From the human T2T-CHM13v2.0 reference genome, Homo sapiens, in NCBI RefSeq assembly GCF_009914755.1, contig NC_060937.1: a stretch of 64,000 bases of DNA. One strand, given 5' to 3'. A program made the translations under genes and the position numbers. Shown here piece by piece: positions 45,202 through 61,322 of this stretch. The notes beneath the pieces were generated by a model. That model had not been told where the DNA came from and did not search any database. It was given only the letters and a program-made list of their open reading frames with translations. Positions within the stretch are counted from its first letter, which is position 1; each line of letters starts with the position of its first letter.

Positions 45202-48200
45202 AATATCAAAGTACTCAAACTATATATCATATACTGTACATAAAATATCAAAGTACCCAAACTGTGTATTATTATATACTGTATATAAAATATCAAAGTA
45301 CCTGAAATATATACTGTATACTGTACATAAAATATCAAAGTACCCAAAATATATACTATATACTGTACATAAAATATGAAGGTACATCAAATATATATTA
45401 TATCCTGTACATAAAATATCAAAGTACACCTATTATATATTGTGTACTGTACATAATATATTAAATCGCCCAAATATATATTGTATACTGTATATAAAAT
45501 ATGAAGGTACTTCAAATATATATTATATGCTGCACATAAAATATCAAAGTACCCAAGGTATGCATTACATACTGTACATAAAATATCAAAGTACACATAT
45601 TATATATTATATAATATACATAAAATATGAAGGTTCATCAAATATATATTATATTCTGTACATAATATATCAAAGTACATCAAATATATATTATATACTG
45701 TACATAAAATATCAAAGTACCAAAAATATGTATTATATACTGTACATAAAATATGAAAGTAACCAAACATTTATAATAAACTGTACATAAAATATCAAAG
45801 TACTCAGTCTACATATTATATACAGTATATAAAATATCAAAGTACACACACTGTATATTATATACTGTACATAATATATCAAAATACCCAGAATATATAG
45901 CATACTGTACATAAAATATCAAAGTACCCAAAATATATATTGTATACTGTACATAAAATATGAAGGTACATCAAAGATATATTATATTCTGTACATAAAA
46001 TATCAAACTACACCAAATATATATTATATGCTGTACATAATATATTAAAGTTGCCCATATATACATTATATACTGTACATAAAATATGAACGTACATCAA
46101 ATATATAGTATATGCTGCACATAAAATATCAAAGTACCCAAAGTATGTATTATACACTGTACATAAAATATCAAAGTACCAAAAGTATATATTACATACT
46201 GTAAATAAAATATGAAGGTACCTCAAATATATATTATATTCTGTACATAAAACATCAAAGTACACCAAGTATATACTATATACTCTGCATAAAATATTAA
46301 ATTACCCAAAATATGTATTGCATTGTGTACATAAAATATGAAAGTAACCAAACATTTATAATAAACTGTACATAAAATTTCAAAGTACTCAAACTGTATA
46401 TTATATACTGTACATAAAGTATCAAAGTACCCAAACTGTGTAGTATATACTGTACATAAAATATCAAGGTACCCAAAATATATATTGTAAACTGTAGATA
46501 AAATATCAAAGTACCCAAAATATATATTATATACTGTACATAAAATATGAAGGCACATCCAATATATACTATATTCTGTACATAAAATATCAAAGTACAC
46601 CAAATGTATATTATATACTGTACAAAAAATATCAAAGTACCCAAAGTGTATATTATATACTGTACATAAAATATGAAGGTTCATCAAATATATTTTATAT
46701 TCTGCACATAATATATCAAAGTACAGCAAATATATATTATATACTGTACATAAAATATCAAAGTACCCAAAATATGTATTATATACTGTACATAAAATAT
46801 GAAAGTAACCAAACATTTATAATAAACTGTACATAAAGTATCAAAGTACTCAAACTACATATTATATACAGTATATAAAATGTCAAAGTACCCAAACTGT
46901 ATATTATATACTGTACATAATATATCAAAGTACCCGAATATATAGCATACTGTACATAAAATATCAAGGTACCCAAAGTGTGTATTATACACTGCACATA
47001 AAATATGAAGGTACATAAAATATATATTGTATTCTGTACATAAAATATCAAAGTACTCCAAATATATATTATATGCTGTACATAATATATTATAGTCGCC
47101 CAAATATATATTATATACTGTACATAAAATATGAAGGTACATCAAATATATATTATATGCTGCACATAAAATATCAAAGTACCCAAAGTATGTGTTATAT
47201 ACTGTACATAAAATATCAAAGTACCCAATGTATATATTATATACTGTACATAAAATATAAAATACCCCAAATATATATTATATGCTATACATAAAATATC
47301 AAAGTACACAAAATATGTATTATATACTGTACATAAAATACCAAAGGACCCAAAATATATATTATATACTGTACATAAAATATCAAAATACCCAAAATAT
47401 ATATTATATACTGTACATAAAATACCAAAGTACCCAAAGTATATATTATATACCGTACAAAAAATATCAAAGTAGCCAAAATATGTATTATACACTGTAC
47501 ATAATATATGAAAGTACCCAAACATTTATAATAAACTGTACATAAAATATCAATGTACTCAAACTATATATTATCTGCGGTACATAAGATATCAAAGTAC
47601 CCATACTATATAGTATATACTGTACTTAAAATATCAAAATACCCAAAATATATATTATATACGTTACATAAACTATCAAATACACAAAGTATGTATTATA
47701 TACTGTACATAAAATAGAAAAGTTCCCAAAATATGTATTATATATATTATAAATATGTACATAAAATATGAAAGTACCCAACCATTTATAATAAACTCTA
47801 CATAAAACACCAAAGTACCCAAACTGTGTATTATATACTGTCCATAAAATATCAAAGTACCCAAAATATATATTGTAAACTCTACATAAAATATCAAAGT
47901 AGCCAAAATACATATTGTATACTGTACATAAAATATAAAAGTACCCCAAATATATATTATATACTGTACATAAAATATCAAAGTACCCATAATACATATT
48001 ATATACTGTACATAAAATATCAAAGGACCCAAAATAAACATTATATACTGTACATAAAATATCCAAATACTCAAAATATATATTACATACTGTACATAAA
48101 ATATCAAAGTACCCAAATTATGTACTATATACTGTACGTAAAATATCAGAGTACCCAAAATATGCGTTATATACTGTACATAAAATATGAAAGTAACAAA

Positions 48201-48224
48201 ACATTTATAATAAACTGTACATAA
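45202..48224 (+). repeat. HOR unit A+10, 3,023 bp
   Basis: Copy of 10519-13541 at offset 34683; insertion at about 47745. Confidence 0.85.
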
Positions 48225-51200
48225 AATATCAAAGTACTCAAACTATATATCATATACTGTACATAAAATATCAAAGTACCCAAACTGTGTATTATTATAT
48301 ACTGTATATAAAATATCAAAGTACCTGAAATATATATTGTATACTGTACATAAAATATCAAAGTACACAAAATATATACTATATACTGTACATAAAATAT
48401 GAAGGTACATCAAATATATATTATATCCTGTACATAAAATAACAAAGTACACCTATTATATATTGTGTACTGTACATAATATATTAAATCGCCCAAATAT
48501 ATATTGTATACTGTATATAAAATATGAAGGTACTTCAAATATATATTATATGCTGCACATAAAATATCAAAGTACCCAAGGTATGCATTACATACTGTAC
48601 ATAAAATATCAAAGTACACAAATTATATATTATATACTGTACATAAAATCTGTAGGTTCATCAAATATATTTTATATTCTGTACATAATATATCAAAGTA
48701 CATCAAATATATATTATATACGGTACATAAAATATCAAATTACCCAAAATATATATTATTTACTGTACATAAAATATGAAAGTAACCAAACATTTATAAT
48801 AAACTGTACATAAATTATCAAAGTACTCAATCTACATATTATATACAGTATATAAAATATCAAAGTACACAAACTGTATATTATATACTGTACATAATAT
48901 GTCAAAGTACCCAGAATATATAGCATACTGTACATACAATATCAAAGTACCCAAAATATATATTGTATACTGTACATAAAATATGAAGGTACATCAAAGA
49001 TATATTATATTCTGTACATAAAATATCAAAGTACACCAAATATATATTATATGCTGTACATAATATATTAAAGTTGCCCATGTATACATTTTATACTGTA
49101 CATAAAATATGAAGGTACATCAAATATATAGTATATGCTGCACATAAAATATCAAAGTACCCAAAGTATGTATTATATACTGTACATAAAATATCAAAGT
49201 ACCAAAAGTATATATTACCTACTGTAAATAAAATGTGAAGATACCTCAAATATATATTATATTCTGTACATGAAGTATCAAAGTACACCAAGTATATACT
49301 ATATACTCTACATAAAATATTAAATTACCCAAAATATGTATTGTATTGTGTACATAAAATATGAAAATAACCAAACATTTATAATAAACTGTACATAAAA
49401 TATCAAAGTACTCAAACTTTATATTATATACTGTACATAAAGTATCAAAGTACCCAAACTGTGTAGTATATACTGTACATAAAATATCAAGGTACCCAAA
49501 ATGTATATTGTAAACTGTAGATAAAATATCAAAGTACCCAAAATATATATTATATACTGTACATAAAATATGAAGGCACATCCAATATATATTATATTCT
49601 GTACATAAAATATCAAAGTACACCAAATGTATATTATATACTGTACATAAAATATAAAACTACCCCAAATATATATTATATACTCTACATAAAATATCAA
49701 AGTACCCAAAATATATATTATATACTGTACATAATATATCAAAGTACCCATAGTATGTATTATATCCTGTACATAAAATATGAAAGTACGTCAAATATAT
49801 ATTCTATTCTGCACATAAAATATCATATTGCACCAAATATATATTGTATACTGTATATAAAATATGAAGGTACTTCAAATATATATTATATGCTGCACAT
49901 AAAATATCAAAGTACCCAAAGTATGCATTATATACTGTACATAAAATATCAAAGTACCCAAAGTGTATATTATATACTGTACATAAAATATGAAGGTTCA
50001 TCAAATATATTTTATATTCTGCACATAATATATCAAAGTACAGCAAATATATATTATATACTGTACATAAAATAACAAAGTAACAAAAATATGTATTATA
50101 TACTGTACATAAAATATGAAAGTAACCAAATATTTATAATAAACTTTATATAAAATATCAAAGTACTCAAACTACATATTATATACAGTATATAAAATAT
50201 CAAAGTACCCAAACTATATATTATATACTGTACATACTATATCAAAGTACCCGAATATAGAGCATACTGTACATAAAATATCAAATTACCCAAAATATAT
50301 ATTGTATACTGTACATAAAATATGAAGGTACATCAAAGATATATTATATTCTGTACATAAAATATCAAAGTACACCAAATATATATTATATGCTGTACAG
50401 AATATATTAAAGTCGACCAAATGTATATTATATAGTGTACATAAAATATGAAGGTACATCAAATATATATTATATGCTGCACATAAAATATCAAAGTACC
50501 CAAAGTATGTATTATATACTGTACATAAAATATCAAAGTACCCAAAGTATATATTATATACTGTACATAAAATATAAAATACCCCAAATATATATTATAT
50601 GCTGTACATAAAATATCAAAGTACACAAAATATGCATTATGTACTGTACATAAATTATCAAAGGACCCAAAATATATATTATATAGTGTACATAAAATAT
50701 CAAAATACCCAAAATATATATTATATACTGTACATAAAATACCAAAGTACCCAAAGTATATATTATATACTGTATAAAAAATATCAAAGTAGCCAAAATA
50801 TGTATTATACACTGTACATAATATATGAAAGTACCCAAACATTTATAATAAACTGTACATAAAATATCAATGTACTCAAATTATATATTATGTGCGGTAC
50901 TTAAGATATCAAAGTACCCATACTATATAGTATGTACTGTACTTAAAATATCAAAATACCCAAAATATATATTATATACGTTACATAAACTATCAAATAC
51001 ACAAAGTATGTATTACATACTGTACATAAAATAGCAAAGTTCCCAAAATATGTATTATATACTGTACATAAAATATGAAAGTAACCAACCATTTATAATA
51101 AACTCTACATAAAATACCAAAGTACCCAAACTGTGTATTATATACTCTCCATAAAATATCAAAGTACCCAAAATATATATTGTCAACTGTACATAAAATA

Positions 51201-51531
51201 TCAAAGTAGCCAAAATATATATAGTATACCGTACATAAAATATGAAAGTACCCCAAATATGTATTATATACTGTACATAAAATATCAAAGTACCGATAAT
51301 ACATATTATATAGTGTACATAAAATATCAGAGGACCCAAAATAAACATTATATACTGTACATAAAATATCCAAATACTCAAAATATATATTACATACTGT
51401 ACATAAAATATCAAAGTACCCAAATTATGTATTATATACTGTACATAAAATATCAGAGTACCCAAAATATGCATTATATACTGTACATAAAATATGAAAG
51501 TAACAAAACATTTATAATAAACTGTACATAA
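48225..51531 (+). repeat. HOR unit type B, 3,307 bp
   Basis: Copy of 13542-16848 at offset 34683. Confidence 0.85.
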
Positions 51532-54500
51532 AATATCAAAGTACTCAAACTATATATCATATACTGTACATAAAATATCAAAGTACCCAAACTGTGTATT
51601 ATTATATACTGTATATAAAATATCAAAGTACCTGAAATATATACTGTATACTGTACATAAAATATCAAAGTACCCAAAATATATACTATATACTGTACAT
51701 AAAATATGAAGGTACATCAAATATATATTATATCCTGTACATAAAATATCAAAGTACACCTATTATATATTGTGTACTGTACATAATATATTAAATCGCC
51801 CAAATATATATTGTATACTGTATATAAAATATGAAGGTACTTCAAATATATATTATATGCTGCACATAAAATATCAAAGTACCCAAAGTATGCATTACAT
51901 ACTGTACATAAAATATCAAAGTACACATATTATCTATTATATAATGTACATAAAATATGAAGGTTCATCAAATATATATTATATTCTGTACATAATATAT
52001 CAAAGTACATCAAATATATATTATATACTGTACATAAAATATCAAAGTACCAAAAATATGTATTATATACTGTACATAAAACATGAAAGTAACCAAACAT
52101 TTATAATAAACTGTACTTAAAATATCAAAGTACTCAATCTACATATTATATACAGTATATAAAATATCAAAGTACACAAACTGTATATTATATACTGTAC
52201 ATAATATATCAAAGTACCCAGAATATATAGCATACTGTACTTAAAATATCAAAGTACCCAAAATATATATTGTATACTGTACATAAAATATGAAGGTACA
52301 TCAAATATATATTATATGCTGCACATAAAATATCAAAGTACCCAAAGTATGCATTATATACTGTACATAAAATATCAAAGTACCCAAAATGTATATTATA
52401 TACTGTACATAAAATATGAAGGTTCATCAAATATATTTTATATTCTGCACATAATATATGAAAGTACAGCAAATATATATTATATACTGTACATAAAATA
52501 TCAAAGTACCCAAAATATGTATTATATACTGTACATAAAATATGAAAGTAACCAAACATTTATAATAAACTGTACATAAAGTATCAAAGTACTCAAACTA
52601 CATATTATATACAGTATATAAAATGTCAAAGTACCCAAACTGTATATTATATACTGTACATAATATATCAAAGTACCCAAATATATAGCATACTGTACAT
52701 AAAATATCAAAGTACCCAAAATATATATTGTATACTGTACATAAAATGTGAAGGTACATTAAAGATATATTATATTCTGTACATAAAATATCAAATTACA
52801 CCAAATATATATTATATGCTGTACATAATATATTAAAGTCAACCAAATATATATTATATACTGTACATAAAATATGAAGATACATCAAATATATATTATA
52901 TGCTGCACGTAAAATATCAAAGTATCCAAAGTATGTATTATACACTGTACATAAAATATCAAAATACCAAAAGTATATATTACATACTGTAAATAAAATA
53001 TGAAGGTACCTCATATATATATTATATTCTGTACATAAAATATCAAAGTACACCAAGTATATACTATATACTCTGCATAAAATATTAAATTACCCAAAAT
53101 ATGTATTGTATTGTGTACATAAAATATGAAAGTAACCAAACATTTATAATAAACTGTACATAACATATCAAAGTACTCAAACTGTATATTATATACTGTA
53201 CATAAAGTATCAAAGTACCCAAACTGTGTAGTATATACTGTACAAAAAATATCAAGGTACCCAAAATATATATTGTAAACTGTAGATAAAATATCAAAAT
53301 ACCCAAAATATATATTATATACTGTACATAAAATATGAAGGCACATCCAATATATATTATATTCTGTACATAAAATATCAAAGTACACCAAATGTATATT
53401 ATATACTGTACATAAAATATCAAAGTACCCAAAGTGTATATTATATACTGTACATAAAATATGAAGGTTCATCAAACATATTTTATATTCTCCACATAAT
53501 ATATCAAAGTACAGCAAATATATATTATATACTGTACATAAAATATCAAAGTACCCAGAATATGTATTATATACTGTACATAAAATATGAAAGTAAGCAA
53601 ACATTTGTAATAAAATGTACATAAAGTAACAAAGTACTCAAACTACATATTATATACAGTATATAAAATGTCAAAGTACCCAAACTGTATATTATATACT
53701 GTACATAATATATCAAAGTACCCGAATATATAGCATACTGTACATAAAATATCAAAGTACCCAAAGTGTGTATTATACACTGCACATAAAATATGAAGGT
53801 ACATAAAATATATATTGTATTCTGTACATAAAATATCAAAGTACTCCAAATATATATTATATGCTGTACATAATATATTAAAGTCGCCCAAATATATATT
53901 ATATACTGTACATAAAATATGAAGGTACATCAAATATATATTATATGCTGCACATAAAATATCAAAGTACCCAAAGTATGTGTTATATACTGTACATAAA
54001 ATATCAAAGTACCCAAAGTATATATTATATACTGTACATAAAATATAAAATACCCCAAATATATATTATATGCTCTACATAAAATATCAAAGTACACAAA
54101 ATATGTATTATATACTGTACATAAAATACCAAAGGACCCAAAATATATATTATATACTGTACATAAAATATCAAAATACCCAAAATATATATTATATACT
54201 GTACATAAAATACCAAAGTACCCAAAGTATATATTATATACCGTACAAAAAATATCAAAGTAGCCAAAATATGTATTATACACTGTACATAATATATGAA
54301 AGTACCCAAACATTTATAATAAACTGTACATAAAATATCAATGTACTCAAACTATATATTATGTGCGCTACATAAGATATCAAAGTACCCATACTATATA
54401 GTATATACTGTACTTAAAATATCAAAATACCCAAAATATATATTATATACGTTACATAAACTATCAAATACACAAAGTATGTATTATATACTGTACATAA

Positions 54501-55002
54501 AGTAGCAAAGTTCCCAAAATATGTATTACATACTGTACATAAAATATGAAAGTACCCAACCATTTATAATAAAGTCTACATAAAATACCAAAGTACCCAA
54601 ACTGTGTATTATATACTGTCCATAAAATATCAAAGTACCCAAAATATATATTGTAAACTGTACATAAAATATCAAAGTAGCCAAAATACATATTGTATAC
54701 TGTACATAAAATATAAAAGTACCCCAAATATATATTATATACTGTACATAAAATATCAAAGTACCCATAATACATATTATATACTGTACATAAAATATCA
54801 AAGGACCCAAAATAAACATTATATACTGTACATAAAATATCCAAATACTCAAAATATATATTACATACTGTACATAAAATATCAAAGTACCCAAATTATG
54901 TATTATATACTGTACGTAAAATATGAGAGTACCCAAAATATGCGTTATATACTGTACATAAAATATGAAAGTAACAAAACATTTATAATAAACTGTACAT
55001 AA
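51532..55002 (+). repeat. Junction HOR unit, 3,471 bp (unique fusion unit)
   Basis: Left part matches 16849-17622 (offset 34683) and right part matches 25674-28375 (offset 26627). Junction at 52301-52305. Confidence 0.85.
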
Positions 55003-58000
55003 AATATCAAAGTACTCAAACTATATATCATATACTGTACATAAAATATCAAAGTACCCAAACTGTGTATTACTACATACTGTATATAAAATATCAAAGT
55101 ACCTGAAATATATATTTTATACTGTACATAAAATATCAAAGTACCCAAAATATATACTATATACTGTACATAAAATATGAAGGTACATCAAATATATATT
55201 ATATCCTGTACATAAAATATCAAAGTACTCCTAATATATATTGTGTACTGTACATAATATATTAAATCGCCCAAATATATATTGTATACTGTATATAAAA
55301 TATGAAGGTACTTCAAATATATATTATATGCTGCACATAAAATATCAAAGTACCCAAAGTATGCATTACATACTGTACATAAAATATCAAAGTACACAAA
55401 TTATATATTATATTCTGTACATAAAATATGTAGGTTCATCAAATATATTTTATATTCTGTACATAATATATCAAAGTACATCAAATATATATTATATACG
55501 GTACATAAAATATCAAAGTACCCAAAATATGTACTATTTACTGTACCTAAAATATGAAAGTAACCAAACTTTTATAATAAACTGTACATAAAATATCAAA
55601 GTACTCAATCTACATATTATATACAGTATATAAAATATCAAAGTACACAAACTGTATATTATATACTGTACATAATATATCAAAGTACCCAGAATATATA
55701 GCATACTGTACATACAATATCAAAGTACCCAGAATGTATATTGTATACTGTACATAAAATATGAAGGTACATCAAAGATATATTATATTCTGTACATAAA
55801 ATATCAAAGTACACCAAATATATATTATATGCTGTACATAATATATTAAAGTTGCCCATGTATACATTTTATACTGTACATAAAATATGAAGGTACATCA
55901 AATATATAGTATATGCTGCACATAAAATATCAAAGTACCCAAAGTATGTATTATATACTGTACATAAAATATCAAAGTACCAAAAGTATATATTACCTAC
56001 TGTAAATAAAATATGAAGATACCTCAAATATATATTATATTCTGTACATGAAATATCAAAGTACACCAAGTATATACTATATACTCTACATAAAATATTA
56101 AATTACCCAAAATATGTATTGTATTGTGTACATAAAATATGAAAGTAACCAAACATTTATAATAAACTGTACATAAAATATCAAAGTACTCAAACTTTAT
56201 ATTATATACTGTACATAAAGTATCAAAGTACCCAAACTGTGTAGTATATACTGTACATAAAATATCAAGGTACCCAAAATGTATATTGTAAACTGTAGAT
56301 AAAATATCAAAGTACCCAAAATATATACTATATACTGTACATAAAATATGAAGGCACATCCAATATATATTATATTCTGTACATAAAATATCAAAGTACA
56401 CCAAATGTATATTATATACTGTACATAAAATAAAAAACTACCCCAAATATATATTATATACTCTACATAAAATATCAAAGTACACAAAATATATATTATA
56501 TACTGTACATAATATATCAAAGTACCCATAGTATGTATTATATCCTGTACATAAAATATGAAAGTACGTCAAATATATATTCTATTCTGCACATAAAATA
56601 TCATATTGCACCAAATATATATTGTATACTGTATATAAAATATGAAGGTACTTCAAATATATATTATATGCTGCACATAAAATATCAAAGTACCCAAAGT
56701 ATGCATTATATACTGTACATAAAATATCAAAGTACCCAAAGTGTATATTATATACTGTACATAAAATATGAAGGTTCATCAAATATATTTTATATTCTGC
56801 ACATAATATATCAAAGTACAGCAAATATATATTATATACTGTACATAAAATAACAAAGTAACAAAAATATGTACTATATACTGTACATAAAATATGAAAG
56901 TAACCAAATATTTATAATAAACTGTATATAAAATATCAAAGTACTCAAACTACATATTATATACAGTATATAAAATATCAAAGTACCCATACTATATATT
57001 ATATACTGTACATACTATATCAAAGTACCCGAATATATAGCATACTGTACATAAAATATCAAATTACCCAAAATATATATTGTATACTGTACATAAAATA
57101 TGAAGGTACATCAAAGATATATTATATTCTGTACATAAAATATCAAAGTACACCAAATATATATTATATGCTGTACAGAATATATTAAAGTCGACCAAAT
57201 GTATATTATATACTGTACATAAAATATGAAGGTACATCAAATATATATTATATGCTGCACATAAAATATCAAAGTACCCAAAGTATGTGTTATATACTGT
57301 ACATAAAATATCAAAGTACCCAAAGTATATATTATATACTGTACATAAAATATAAAATACCCCAAATATATATTATATGCTGTACATAAAATATCAAAGT
57401 ACACAAAATATGCATTATGTACTGTACATAAATTATCAAAGGACCCAAAATATATATTATATAGTGTACATAAAATATCAAAATACCCAAAATATATATT
57501 ATATACTGTACATAAAATACCAAAGTACCCAAAGTATATATTATATACTGTATAAAAAATATCAAAGTAGCCAAAATATGTATTATACCCTGTACATAAT
57601 ATATGAAAGTACCCAAACATTTATAATAAACTGTACATAAAATATCAATGTACTCAAACTATATATTATGTGCGGTACTTAAGATATCAAAGTACCCATA
57701 CTATATAGTATGTACTGTACTTAAAATATCAAAATACCCAAAATATATATTATATACGTTACATAAACTATCAAATACACAAAGTATGTATTACATACTG
57801 TACATAAAATAGCAAAGTTCCCAAAATATGTATTATATACTGTACATAAAATATGAAAGTACCCAACCATTTATAATAAACTCTACATAAAATACCAAAG
57901 TACCCAAACTGTGTATTATATACTCTCCATAAAATATCAAAGTACCCAAAATATATATTGTCAACTGTACATGAAATATCAAAGTAGCCAAAATATATAT

Positions 58001-58309
58001 AGTATACCGTACATAAAATATAAAAGTACCCCAAATATGTATTATATACTGTACATAAAATATCAAAGTACCGATAATACATATTATATACTGTACATAA
58101 AATATCAGAGGACCCAAAATAAACATTATATACTGTACATAAAATCTCCAAATACTCAAAATATATATTACATACTGTACATAAAATATCAAAGTACCCA
58201 AATTATTTATTATATACTGTACATAAAATATCAGAGTACCCAAAATATGCATTATATACTATACATAAAATATGAAAGTAACAAAACATTTATAATAAAC
58301 TGTACATAA
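55003..58309 (+). repeat. HOR unit type B, 3,307 bp
   Basis: Copy of 28376-31682 at offset 26627. Confidence 0.85.
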
Positions 58310-61300
58310 AATATCAAAGTACTCAAACTATATATCATATACTGTACATAAAATATCAAAGTACCCAAACTGTGTATTATTATATACTGTATATAAAATA
58401 TCAAAGTACCTGAAATATATACTGTATACTGTACATAAAATATCAAAGTACCCAAAATATATACTATATACTGTACATAAAATATGAAGGTACATCAAAT
58501 ATATATTATATCCTGTACATAAAATATCAAAGTACACCTATTATATATTGTGTACTGTACATAATATATTAAATCGCCCAAATATATATTGTATACTGTA
58601 TATAAAATATGAAGGTACTTCAAATATATATTATATGCTGCACATAAAATATCAAAGTACCCAAAGTATGCATTACATACTGTACATAAAATATCAAAGT
58701 ACACATATTATCTATTATATAATGTACATAAAATATGAAGGTTCATCAAATATATATTATATTCTGTACATAATATATCAAAGTACATCAAATATATATT
58801 ATATACTGTACATAAAATATCAAAGTACCAAAAATATGTATTATATACTGTACATAAAACATGAAAGTAACCAAACATTTATAATAAACTGTACTTAAAA
58901 TATCAAAGTACTCAATCTACATATTATATACAGTATATAAAATATCAAAGTACACAAACTGTATATTATATACTGTACATAATATATCAAAGTACCCAGA
59001 ATATATAGCATACTGTACTTAAAATATCAAAGTACCCAAAATATATATTGTATACTGTACATAAAATATGAAGGTACATCAAAGATATATTATATTCTGT
59101 ACATAAAATATCAAAGTACACCAAATATATATTATATGCTGTACATAATATATTAAAGTTGCCCATATATACATTATATACTGTACATAAAATATGAACG
59201 TACATCAAATATATAGTATATGCTGCACATAAAATATCAAAGTACCCAAAGTATGTATTATACACTGTACATAAAAAATCAAAGTACCAAAAGTATATAT
59301 TACATACTGTAAATAAAATATGAAGGTACCTCAAATATATATTATATTCTGTACATAAAATATCAAAGTACACCAAGTATATACTATATACTCTGCATAA
59401 AATATTAAATTACCCAAAATATGTATTGCATTGTGTACATAAAATATGAAAGTAACCAAACATTTATAATAAACTGTACATAAAATATCAAAGTACTCAA
59501 ACTGTATATTATATACTGTACATAAAGTATCAAAGTACCCAAACTGTGTAGTATATACTGTACATAAAATATCAAGGTACCCAAAATATATATTGTAAAC
59601 TGTAGATAAAATATCAAAGTACCCAAAATATATATTATATACTGTACATAAAATATGAAGGCACATCCAATATATATTATATTCTGTACATAAAATATCA
59701 AAGTACACCAAATGTATATTATATACTGTACATAAAATATCAAAGTACCCAAAGTGTATATTATATACTGTACATAAAATATGAAGATTCATCAAATATA
59801 TTTTATATTCTGCACATAATATATCAAAGTACAGCAAATATATATTATATACTGTACATAAAATATCAAAGTACCCAAAATATGTATTATATACTGTACA
59901 TAAAATATGAAAGTAACCAAACATTTATAATAAACTGTACATAAAGTATCAAAGTACTCAAACTACATATTATATACAGTATATAAAATGTCAAAGTACC
60001 CAAACTGTATATTATATACTGTACATAATATATCAAAGTACCTGAATATATAGCATACTGTACATAAAATATCAAAGTACCCAAAGTGTGTATTATACAC
60101 TGCACATAAAATATGAAGGTACATAAAATATATATTGTATTCTGTACATAAAATATCAAAGTACTCCAAATATATATTATATGCTGTACATAATATATTA
60201 AAGTCGCCCAAATATATATTATATACTGTACATAAAATATGAAGGTACATCAAATATATATTATATGCTGCACATAAAATATCAAAGTACCCAAAGTATG
60301 TGTTATATACTGTACATAAAATATCAAAGTACCCAAAGTATATATTATATACTGTACATAAAATATAAAATACCCCAAATATATATTATATGCTGTACAT
60401 AAAATATCAAAGTACACAAAATATGTATTATATACTGTACATAAAATACCAAAGGACCCAAAATATATATTATATACTGTACATAAAATATCAAAATACC
60501 CAAAATATATATTATATACTGTACATAAAATACCAAAGTACCCAAAGTATATATTATATACCGTACAAAAAATATCAAAGTAGCCAAAATATGTATTATA
60601 CACTGTACATAATATATGAAAGTACCCAAACATTTATAAAAAACTGTACATAAAATATCAATGTACTCAAACTATATATTATGTGCGGTACATAAGATAT
60701 CAAATTACCCATACTATATAGTATATACTGCACTTAAAATATCAAAATACCCAAAATATATATTATATACGTTACATAAACTATCAAATACACAAAGTAT
60801 GTATTATATACTGTACATAAAATAGCAAAGTTCCCAAAATATGTATTATATACTGTACATAAAATATGAAAGTACCCAACCATTTATAATAAACTCTACA
60901 TAAAATACCAAAGTACCCAAACTGTGTATTATATTCTGTCCATAAAATATCAAAGTACCCAAAATATATATTGTAAACTGTACATAAAATATCAAAGTAG
61001 CCAAAATACATATTGTATACTGTACATAAAATATGAAAGTACCCCAAATATGTATTATATACTGTACATAAAATATCAAAGTACCCATAATACATATTAT
61101 ATACTGTACATAAAATATCAAAGGACCCAAAATAAACATTATATACTGTACATAAAATATCCAAATACTCAAAATATATATTACGTACTGTACATAAAAT
61201 ATCAAAGTACCCAAATTATGTATTATATACTGTACGTAAAATATCAGAGTACCCAAAATATGCATTATATACTGTACATAAAATATGAAAGTAACAATAC

Positions 61301-61322
61301 ATTTATAATAAACTGTACATAA
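58310..61322 (+). repeat. HOR unit type A, 3,013 bp
   Basis: Copy of 31683-34695 at offset 26627. Confidence 0.85.
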
